Shown here one piece after another: positions 26,401 through 38,400 of a stretch of 64,000 bases of DNA. The stretch covers positions 223,256 to 287,255 of the forward strand of contig NMRA01000394.1 of assembly GCA_002633005.1 (NCBI GenBank), in the 5' to 3' direction. The notes beneath the pieces were generated by a model. It was not told the origin of the DNA, ran no database searches, and saw only the letters and a list, made by a program, of their open reading frames with translations. The position numbers were made by a program, and so were the translations under genes. Source of the DNA: Phoronis australis (Eukaryota; Animalia; Phoronida). Position 1 is the stretch's first letter; each line of letters begins with the position of its first letter.

Positions 26401-29400
26401 CATCATTCTGCTTTCTGACAACTGGGAAAGTTACAAAAGCAAGACGATACGCCGTAATGCCTTTACACTGGCGACGCCAAACTGCGCACATTTCCACATC
26501 AACGAGAAACTTTCGAACCTTGCTCCAAGTCAACAAATATGCAATCGCTTTTTTGCAAAATGCATTTCAATGGGAACGTGCGCTGATGTTCGTCGTGCGA
26601 AATGACGTAATTTCGCACAAGGGCATTGGACATCGTTCCAGTTAATCAAAAAAGTGGAAATAAACTCATAGTTTTACAAACAAATTACATGCTCTAAAGC
26701 ATGAGTTGTAGTCTGTTATGACAACAGCATTCACATCAATAATTAACAAAAGAAAAGCACTTATACTGTAAGTTATGTATTGTTATTTTAACCATCATGT
26801 CATTGTCATCAGTTATTGTGAGCAATCAGCATTCCATTACAACAGTGACCGCAACCACCATACTTCACCCAGTCCACTTTATTACTTGAAACTTAAAAAC
26901 AAACAACCCAAAAGGTTCATGAAGTGACTCCAAAGATTTTAATCTCTTAGAAGAGGCAAACGTAAAAATAGAGTCATTCATATACAAGACACAGCGGTAG
27001 TTAGATTCGCCACGTTCATAGAATACACTTTTTGCGTTAAAGCAATTCCGGTGGTGAGGAAAACAAACGAAATCCTGGCGAAAACGGCACTTTTGCGAAC
27101 AGCTAGTCTGTATAGTTAAAACGCTGGCGTTTTCGACATCGTTTTAGCAAGTTAAAACTTTAACTTGTGATAACGAACTACTGCTTCATTGCACATTGTA
27201 CACTGCTAACTACAATAATCTACACCAATTTGACATCAATGTTTCAGAATCGAAAGGTTCGTTGGCTGAACAGCATTTGCTTGCTAACCTGACGCTAAAC
27301 TACAGACATGATGTAAGACCAGTAATTAACGTCTCGACCCCTGTCACTATTACCATGGATATCGCTATCAACCAAATCGTTGACATGGTGAGTACCTTAC
27401 AATGAATGCGCTAGTCACACGGGGATTTCTAATAAATAGGACACCACCAAAGCAACTCTGACGCCCAACGCAACCGCCACTGTTACCAAATCATGCCAAA
27501 TCTGCCATCACTATCCATAAAGAGTCATTAAGTACCCTGTAGATCACAGAAATGAAAGAGTGCTATGTGAGCCTTGTCAACTTTTGAAAGTTTTGTGGAA
27601 GTTTGAAACTTCCATACAATATTTGCAAAACTGAGAAGCGCTGCTAAATCGGTGATCAAAGGCAATTCAAATTGACCACCTGGAACCTCAATGGGAAGAT
27701 TTAAACGCTGTCTCGTTTGATATCGGTGTTTTGGTCATACTACCAGAAAACAACAATATCTTTAACGATCGAATTCACAGAGTACGCTGCATTTATTGTA
27801 CATTTAAATTGTTCAATTCGTCCCTAAAGCATGATTAAAGGCTAGAATACTACACCCCGGTTATAGTTATGAAACAGCATTTGAATGAAGACGTAGTCAA
27901 CTTTAACGTAGAGCTTGTGCGTACAAAGTCCGCTCTTCACTGATTGGTGTGCTCCCAGTATTGTATATTGAGTGAGTGCTTCTTCCTCATGGATTCAGTC
28001 ATGAAATCGAGAATTGTTTGCCTAAGTGACGAAAAGTTTACAGTAGACAGTAACTCTCTTATTACAGCCATGCCTTGGTGTCACATTTAAAATGTTCATA
28101 GAGCATCATGCATTTTATACATGCATTCATAGTGGATCTTTAATGGATAGGTTGAGCCACACAACCGTGCTAAGGGTCGTGCGTTTGGTAGCATATGTAC
28201 TGTCAATGCTGTGAAGTGTTGCTATTTATCAGTCAACATTCCCATGAAAGAGCCGCTACTAGTTCATTAGCTAAACCGTGATTTGTTGTTTAAGAGCATT
28301 GACATTTGATGAATGCTTTAATCTGCTCTCAGTTCCCAGTCTGGAGGCACATCTTCAACCCATGTTTTTTTTTTTCAGGACGAGAAGAATCAAATTTTAA
28401 AAACTATGTGCTGGATGAGACTCGTAAGTATACCCTTCAACAACATTCGTTACCGTTGATTTCAGAAAGGCAGCCATTCTTCAATCTGTCAGATTCGAAG
28501 TACGTTAACACCATAGGGAGGCAGCAGATAAAGAGAACACGCTATAGTTACAGTAGGTCGGCCCCGGGTGTCTTCTACGTACCAAATGCTCTATTTTCGG
28601 TGGCTCTCCAGTCTAGCTCTAATTTTTGAGGAATGTAAAAGTTGCAAACCCTTGCCAATTACGAAAACGAACGGGTATCACAAACCCATCTTTTTCATAA
28701 TGAAATCATGCGCGGCAAATTCCGAAAATTTCTATAACCTTCAAGGAGATATCGATGAATGCTTTTGGGCTTCACACAGTACGATAAACATTGCTTCTTG
28801 GAGGCGTTGCTGATCGTTTTTCAAATGCAATGAGTGATTGTTGCGGCTCGTAAATCTCCAACTACTGGGTGGAGTGGCGGATTTAGAGAGGGCGCTAAGG
28901 GGGCCATGCCCCCCTAAAACTCTCCCAGATCACATTTGGCAGTTCGGGAGTGCGAATGTTTGATGGGCATAATACTCTGCCCTGCCCCCCAACTCAAAAT
29001 CCTGGATCCGCCCCTGGGGTGGTATTCTGGCTGTTATCCAGCTGGATACTACACCCCACTAAGGAGAAGCCAAACAACGTGTCTTCAAATCCAGTGCGAC
29101 ATTTCGTGAGTACCAGGTTGGACTGCAATTACATGAACTATCTGGAGAGTGATTGGCGCGAGTAGTGTTTAGTGGTTCTTTGAAGTTATTTTTAGTAAAA
29201 AAGTCCACCCATTTGATTTTGCTCTGCTTTACCCGGATCTCGAGGTCCCACCACTTTGGAAAGTACTGCCTTGCCCAAACCAAAATATTTGCTGTTAACA
29301 TTGGTATCCTTCAGATCAGTGAAAATTGGAAAAACTGCGGTTGGTAATGACTTATTTGTATGTTGACCAGTTCAGGAGCATAAAGTTCAAGAGCATTTGG

Positions 29401-32400
29401 AATTCTTTGTCCCCTCTGGGACCGTGGCAGTCGTGAATTTGTGATTTTGATGAGAAACATGCCGCATTTATGAATTTTAGGTAAATTTTTGGCATCTCGA
29501 CTTTTTACGGTGTTCGCCAAAGCGAACCCCCTTCGACGAATTTCTTTAAACATGAAAAACTCCATTTAGTGTGCTTTTTGTTTCGTGTTGCATTTTGTCA
29601 GGACTCTCTTCTATTTTAGTTTACTAGTCAGCCCGTGATATTTTGATATCATTAATATTAAACTGCAATTGACTTTTAATGGTCCCATGCATGATGTATG
29701 TGTTAAGGAAGGTGTTCTTTACTTTTGTTTATGGATTTTAACTTCAGAGGTCACTTGTTTAGACCTGTAATTTTCCATTAGAGGAGGTTTTATTCTACAT
29801 GCTTCCCGTAGACCTTGATAACGCCATCTTTGCAACGGAGGAACAAGATCGCACTTGCTTCCTTAACGAGTGCATTGCTTATGCGAAACTCTGTCATAAT
29901 TTGAGTGATATAGACACGCGTTAAAGAGGCCTGGAAAGTGAATTACTCTGTATCAGACGTTGCGAGATGGCACCTCTGTAAAAAGCTGTTTAAACGATAT
30001 TTTGACGAGCTTTGCATGCCTCTTTAAAACGATCACTTATCTTAAAGGGATTCGCCTAAGTTAGAGCGCGACGCCATACTAAATACATGTATAACAATAA
30101 ATATAAACACAGTACAGACAATTTGTGGTAAAGTTGCAAATTTGAATTTATTAAATAGGTAACTTCACGTTTGAGTTCATTCACGTTAACAAAACTTAGT
30201 TCACGACCCTAACAACAACACATTACCTGTTTGGGCTAAAATAAATTCGGTGTCCCGATATTTTTTTTCTTATTCCATGCTAAAAACGTGGGGCATCTGG
30301 TAAAGGAAACATTAACAATGTATTTTTGTAAAAGCCAAAGCAGGAAAGTTTGAGGTACCCAAAACCAAGAAAAAACGGTTTACTTGCATCTGTGTAAGAA
30401 AACCAATTAACCGGGAAGTGGAATAGAAGCGATTAAAACACCGGGTATTGACATCATTGTTTTCAAAAAAAATTTAATCACATGTATAATTAGAATTATA
30501 CGTGGCTCCTCTCGGTTGTAAAGGAAAAGATTATTTTGGTGACCCCAGATGTTATGGAGATTTACGAGAGCCAAGGGCCAGCTTACAAAACACGACAATT
30601 TCAAAAATCAATATAACTGAAACTGTCGGATGCCCTTGATCGTGGAAAAGCGTAAACTTTCTGTGCACATCATCAACAGTATAGTAGTATGTTGAAATGC
30701 CAGCTTAAATATTGCCTCGTGTTGACGCAGAACAATTTTGCTTCAAAGTGGATAGAATTGTGTCGAAATACAGCTTTGTTCCAAGGCTTATGCTCTGACT
30801 AGTTTCTTAGTGTAGATGCACCTCTAGTGCCATCACCTCTTTTCGGGTGAAGTCGTGGGCCTGCTTTTGACCTTAGACAATTCAAGTGTCTTGTTCAGTG
30901 TAGGTCAACTCCGCCACCTGGAAATCTGTGGTGATGCCATGAAACATAGCGGTGGACAGCTCTTAGGACACGGGCATTTAGTTCACATGATGGAGAACAT
31001 CACGTCTTTTCCTTGTGGAGAGGCCTGAATTGGCGTATTTCGGTAACTTTGGGATAATGTGTAATTATTGTAATGCGCTACCGAACTTCAAAGCTTCAGC
31101 TCTTATCAAGGTGACGCGAAAGATATGAGCCGTACACACCGAGAAGAAATCAATTCTGGAAATCAATTTTCGGTACTTCTTCTTCGATTCAAAGCGATGT
31201 TTGAAGAGTGTCAATTGAAGATGCATCGAGATATTGTTAGTACTTCAAAGAAGTGCTTTATAACCACTCTCGTGCTGTGTAAACCTTCATCAAACTAATC
31301 ATTTTAATCAACGTCACGTTCAGAGGCCTGGCGTGTAATAGACAGTACAAACTGGTCTGCGTTACTGTTTTTTTTATCACCCAATACATACAATATAGTG
31401 TCGAATTTACTCTCGCTTAGGGTTAAGCTCCGTGCAAACGAGGAATTCTGTCCGCCATCAAACAGGCTGGATCTGACTTGATGATAAATACACAAGTACT
31501 GTACGATGGAAAAATGATGGCGACCGAGGGGTGTTTTGTTTGTGGAGGAGATGCTATTTGGACGTTCTCAATGACTTCGGAAACATATTACTCCATCTAG
31601 TGGGCGACAGTACTTCCAATCAAACTATATCAGAGCACATATACTTCACAGCCCACATGTGGATTGGTCCTGCCCGCGCACAAAACTATTCTCTCAAGTG
31701 AGGCGTTATTCTCTCGCGGACGCATAGTCCCCCTACCGCCCCATCTTTCATGTTTAGCGGAGACATTTCTCTCTCTTTCCCCCTATAAACATAATTACTT
31801 TACATTTACTGCCTTTATGGAAATGATATCGGCATCGTTCCTCAAAAATCAGATGGGCCCTATCGCGATGGTTGCAAAGATTTTTTAAAAAATTACTCGG
31901 AAGTCCACTGCATTGAAGCTCATACGAGAAAGTTTTGTGGTAAATGAGGTTGATATAAAGTGTACCTTACATACCACCGAAGCAAAAACACATTACTTGA
32001 TGAAAAAAGGCCAAGTATCGATGAGGAAACCGTTGTGGACCGTAGGGAAGATTTTTCTGAAATGACAATAATGTATTACATAGTTCCGATAAAACCCAAA
32101 ACGTGGTCACACACCATGCACACGTTGCCATCAATCACGTTGTTAACTCGTACCATGTTCCAGAGAGTAATTCTGAAAAATTACTGCATGTTTCTGACTC
32201 TGGAACTTGAATGCTGCATGGTTTTCGCCGAACCTCTCAAGTGACACGTGAAATAACGAGACTCTTGTAATTGTTTCAGTATTGGTACGACGAATACATG
32301 CGTTGGAACCCGGATGATTACGCTGGACTGAAGAGCATTCGACTGTCACCTAAGTCTGTTTGGAAACCTGACATCACCTTGTACAATGAGTAAGTTATCT

Positions 32401-35400
32401 GAAAATCTGTGCCGCTGAATGAGACGTAAGAATTTGACTTTCAAAATGTTTTGTAATGCTTAAATTCTAGATCATCCAAACTGTGTTCAAACTGGAGTCA
32501 TTCTGTTGACAGGGTGATGTTCTCCTAAACAAACTAAAAACAAAATGATGTTTTACTTACCTATTTACATTTTATAATCCTATTGCATCAGAGTTTACAA
32601 CTTTGTTCTGAACATTGCAGTTTCACGTAAGCAATTATTCGATAGAAATTCTAGTTTGGAAAGGAAGGAGATCTGCAGTTTGAAGGGCGTTTTTATTTAC
32701 AAACAATCATTGCCTTCCAATTTGTTTCCAGTGTCGGGGAAACAGGAATGACGCCTATGTTAGAGTACAACATAAATTTTTACTCCGATGGCTATGCGGC
32801 ATGGCTTTCTCCCATTGCGTTAACAAGCGCGTGCAAATTGGACATGGCGCAGTTTCCACACGACACGCAATACTGCAATCTCACGTTTGGGTCGTGGGCG
32901 TTTCATGGATTTGACGTCGACTTAGTAAACAGGACGGCGTCTGGTGACGCCGCAACCTTCACGAGCAACGGAGAGTGGAACATTGACGCGTTTCCAGTGA
33001 ATAGGTAAACTGTAACTGCAATAAACGAGACATAGATAAGAGGATTTCTTTACAAAGGTAGGAATTTGCTAAGTGTAATTTCGGTAAATAGTTAAAAAAT
33101 ACTAAACCCTGTTTTGATGATTTCAACCAGTCCTCGTTCTGTCACCTGCTAATGCAGCATTGGCGTCAATTTTCCAAGTTAAAGACAAGACTCAACTGAA
33201 AACTAATACTCCGTATGTCACAGATTGAACATTATGGTCCTTGGTGGGTGGTGTTTTCCCACAGTTGCCGTGTAATTTGCTAACAGCGTAGGTTACCTAA
33301 CAGCGTAGGTCACGCTTGCCCGTTAAAGCAGATTTTGAAAGGAGTTTTCAAATTCTCCTCCAAACGTTTGAGGGTTGTAGATGGTTACAGGGCATTATTT
33401 GGTTTCAAAGATTACTGGGTGGGATAGTCGTTTATTAATTTCTGTTGATAGGCGAAAACCAGGTTTGGTATCCTTTCAAACTGTGTCAAAGATTTAAACA
33501 AGGGAACACCACTTTTCTAGAATAATGGTTTCCCCTAATAACCAATTATTTTCAAAAGAAAGACTATTTTGGGGTTCTCCTAGCTAAAACTCGTACTCTT
33601 AAACATCACACTACCATTTATTGCTCATAAAAAGGCTTCAAGCTTGCCAGACTTTCATTCGGTCATTGCTCATGTATGTAAATAAAAACATTTGACATTA
33701 TTTGCTGCTTTGGTCGTATGTACTGGTCTTGTGGTCCTTTTATGAAAATGCGTGATATCAGTTGGCGAGTGGAAATCTATTTCTTTGCGTGATGGCAAAC
33801 CGAAGTTTTCTTTCCAATCTGGTTGATCACTCTTCTATACACATGTACTTTGCTGTCCATGCGGATTCTGTATTTTCCCATAATTCCATGTTTTTCCAAT
33901 GGATAAGCTCCTTAGGTTTTCTTATTTCACGCAAATTTTCTACAAGTTTATCCTGAATCTGAAACAATTGTTTTAACATTTCCGCTCTTTTTGCTGTTGT
34001 AAGACATTATCTCAAACGAGTTTCATCAGAGATGTCACAAAATAACTCCTTTTTTAAACCTGACTATATTTACCGTCGGTTTCGTGAAGTTCAGCATCAT
34101 TCAACTCTGGAACTCGAATGGTTGTCGCACCACTAGAAATTCAAAAACAAATCTTTGTTTGGATAAAATTGTGAATCACCAATACCAGTTCAAGTCATAA
34201 TACAGGGAAAATAAAAAGGTCGAAAAGTTAAAAACAGAATACAGTGAATCGGATGGCAACCATGCAATTTCCAATATTGGGTTTTCATCTCGTTTAATCT
34301 ATTTATCTACTAGCATTCTCGTTATTTTGAGCTCTATAATATACTAAGAGGGCACCATTTGGAGATAGTGTTACTTTTAATTGACTCGTAAAAGTTGTTA
34401 ACGAATTTAGAGAAAAGCATCTTTTAAGCTAACTCAGCTTGTGTTGTTTTCTAGGAAAGTAACATATTACAACTGCTGCCCGGAACCATATCCAGTTCTC
34501 ACGTACACCTTGGTACTTAATCGACGGCCTCTATACTACATTTTCAATCTGCTCCTTCCCTGTGTCGTCATCATTGCCATTACCACTATGGGGTTCCTGC
34601 TACCGACGGATTCTGGAGAGAAAGTCTCGCTAATGATCACGTGCATGTTGTCGATAACGGTATTTCTGTTGCTGGTTGCTGAAACTATGCCGGCCAACTC
34701 GGAAAGTGTCCCGTGGATTGGTGAGTTGTGACCTGTCTAAAATGTTAGTGGACAGTACTTGGCATGTGTGGTGGTATAATCTCTTTGATTTTGAAATGTA
34801 GTCACATAAGTATGAGCATATTAGCGACAACGGGTTGGATTGTTGATGAAGTAGGTTGACAATGGCTGACGACATGCACGGGTAAATCTCAATCACCTGC
34901 GCTTTTCAATAGCTGGGTGTCCCAATTAGGAGTGGCAACATCACAACTGTCACAGTGAACAACATACACAGAATACACTTGAGACGGTTACACGCCGTGT
35001 TTCTTGCATAGTCTTCTCACATCACAATAAGTGGCTAGACTTCAGTGTTTTCTTGATAAGTTTTAGCCGCAATTAGGATTGAATGTCTAGACAACTGCTT
35101 GAGAATCCTGATGCACATCCATTCTTTGAAAGTGCGTGGACATCCGCCTCTTAGTGAAGTCGCTTCTGAAATAGTTCCGGCACTTGGAGACTCGTAACCA
35201 ATAGCCTTAGCTTGTGAAAAGAATACAATAAGACGCATAAGGTCACTTAATACACACGTCTGTGCACTCGAAATTGTAACTGAGGTGCGTTCTTTAGAGC
35301 GAGTGAAAGGCGAATGTTTTTTATCAGCGTGAACCTGCTTCATAAGAGTTTCATTTTGTTAAACCCTTAGGCGGGCTTCTTTTTATTACAATGGCACTCG

Positions 35401-38400
35401 GACCTTCACTGGACTAAATTTAAGACACTTCCTAACTTTCAAACGTCTTACAATCATATTTTTATACCTGATGCCGTGCACAATCCATAAGCCAATAAAT
35501 GATTTATCTTTCGTTGGACATACCGTGTTATTTATTATGCACTTATATTGTTTAAGGCTGTCATTTAAAGCGCCGTGGAACGCGAAAGCTTGTCATAAAT
35601 ATATAAATATATTTTAAATAATTCCTGTGAGGAAATTTTCACGAAAAATCACAAAATTTATCTTCTGATAACGGCAAATTATCACGTGTGATCGCACTAA
35701 GAATCTGGGGTCAACAGCACAGCCTGAGGCAAGCCAGTGAAGCAAGAGATTTCCCAAGGAGAATTCAAAGTGCATTTTAGAAATGAATACCACGATACCT
35801 TTGTAACAAATTGTAAACTCCAGTTGCCTCTTAATCGGGCTGCTGCTTGACGTCGCCGTTGTTTTGTTTACATCCAATGTCAGGGGTCACCTTTTCCATG
35901 TAAGGGAAATGTGTTATGTTTATGTCTTACCGTAGCAAAGAAGGAGGCGTGCTTTTTCCTTATGAGAGAAATTCAACTAAGTGACGAGCAGTTGACAGGT
36001 CGTTTTTTGAAATTCGAAACTAAAATAATTGTTTTGACATATACAGAAATTCAAAAACTTTACGAACAAATCCTGAAAAATCTGGTGAACACACTGAATT
36101 ATATTTCAGTGACAGAGAACCACTTTGTATAATGCAATTTAGTCCTTTTTTCGCGTTCCAAGACGGTTTAAAACATCTTTATACTTATTTCTTTCTGAAA
36201 ACGTTTTCATTGTTTTGCTATTTAACTTTTTTACGGACCACTGCGGATGTACTGGATATTTGGCTGGTTGTGTTGTCCAAGTTACACACTTGTACTTGTT
36301 TTTTTCTTGCACTATCTGGTTTGAATTAAGTATACTGATAAAATAAATAAAAGTGGTCGGGAGAGAGACACTTGGTAAAATTGAAAGAAAACTATGACGA
36401 CAATGATTGGGGTGGTGGTGAAGATGAAGATGATGAAGACGATGACGATGATAATTATGATTATGGCAATGAAGTTGATTATAAATATAGTGATTGCAAT
36501 GGTGATGATTATGGGATGGTGATGGTGGAGATGGTGGTGGTGGTGCCGATGATGATGATGATGACGATGATGATGGTGGTGGTTTGGTGACTGTGACGAT
36601 GGTGGTGATGATGGTGGCGGTGATGATGGTAATTATGATGGTGGTGATGATGGTGACGGTGACGATGGTGGCGATGATGGTTGCGGTGAGGATGGTGGTG
36701 ATGTAAACCGTGGTCTGTGACAAGAAAGGCAGATAAGTATTGATTGCGTACGCCACAGGTGTGTGCAATTTTTGTTCCAAGCAGATTAGCATGTTTATAA
36801 AAAGTCGTCGAACGTCATTCACAAAAACTTGTTTGGACTGTTTATAGTTAGCTTAAGCATTAGTTTTGTTAGGGAATTCCATGCATTTAATTTTAATGAC
36901 ATTGAACGATAGTTTGTTGATTGGTAACCATGTGAATATGTCAATCAGCTTTGTTGGCTTTGTAGACGAAGTTTTGTGTCACTAGCTTCATAACATAACA
37001 AAAGGGGATTTGTGAAGATTGTTTACGTAAATAAGAATAAGGAGTGGACTAACAACAAATCCTAAGTCATGTGCTTTGTGTACAGGCACAGCTTTGGCTA
37101 TTTTCAAATCAGTTAGAAAGTTATCTGTGTTAAAACATTGATAAATGATGGTCATGAGTTTGGTGGAACTGTTGTCAAATCGTGTGCTATATTTCGATTA
37201 GAATTCTAAGCCCTTAAACATTATTTTCATTTACTGCGCGAACTTTAAATTTTGTTTGGGTAGGAAAGAGTGAAATTTAGTGTTTGGGAGTACTGGTAAT
37301 TGGTTCCGCTATGCCACCCGCTGTGAAGGAGAAGTACCTCCTGGTATAGCCAGGTGACGATAACGTCCACTGGTCTCAAGCCGCATGTGCCTCCCTATTG
37401 CTTCGTGAATGCCTTCCATTAAAGTAATTGCTTCAAAAAAGGACAATCGGCTCAGTAGTATTCGTGGTAATGTGATACGTCGTCGAGCCATGAACGTAAA
37501 TGATCGAAGCAAATTCACTGCTTCGGTTTCTTAAACGAGTTTGCGTTGCTTTACGGAACGCGACCACGGACACCACGGCAAAGCAACGAATCCACTTCCA
37601 AACGCTAAAGCGGTCCTTCTCTTTTCCAGGCGTATTCTTTGCTTCCTCCATTATCCTCGTCGCCTTGTCTACAGTGATATGTGTACTCATCATCACTGCA
37701 CATTACAGCGGTTCGCACGGAAGGAGGATTCCGCCGTTACTAAAGCGATTTGTCTTTTCTGTTGTGGCAAGACTAGTGTTCAAACACAAACTAGTAACTG
37801 ACCTCGGTCTAGTAACTGACAAGGTAAAGTATAAACGACAATCTACAACTAAGTAACTGTGTCATAGGCTCCCTCCTGCTTCGGATAAGCCGTTTACTTT
37901 GGATTGACACGAAATGAGACCACTAAACCCGACGTTATGAAGTAAGTCTTCAGGAACAATCGTTCCGTCTTTAGTCCTAAGCAAGATATCTGATCAGGTC
38001 TTGTCTGAGTACGAAAACCAATTTTGCTGCTGCAAAATGTCTCACTCAGTAGTGAGTCCAGTGTCTTTCTCCTTTGTAATCGCGTGTGACAAATGTATTG
38101 GTGCCTTAATGCTATTTGGACCTTGTTAACCAGCGCATGTTGAGCCACATACACTGCAGTGTTCAACTCTGTGAAACTACGTATTTTCGGAAAGTAATTA
38201 TATTGATAAATTAGAGTTTTAACGTTTTATCAATCTATCATTGATCGGATCAGGGGACCATGTCTTTCAGTAAAGTTTAACAAAAAAGGAAATGAACGTT
38301 GATAGCAAAATAACGGTGTCAAAACATGATCAAATGTTATGTAAATCTTAAAAACGCTGTTATCGATTTCTATATTATCATTTCGCCTTTGATTTTTACA

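Noticed and set aside
36139-36822. 227-aa minus ORF with poly-T/I/S/H tracts
   Set aside because: Product of a trinucleotide microsatellite inside nAChR intron 6.
37556-37580. ACCACGGACA as a REST/NRSE site in a neuronal gene
   Set aside because: Only the central part matches; the TTCAGC left half and the AGCGCC end are absent.
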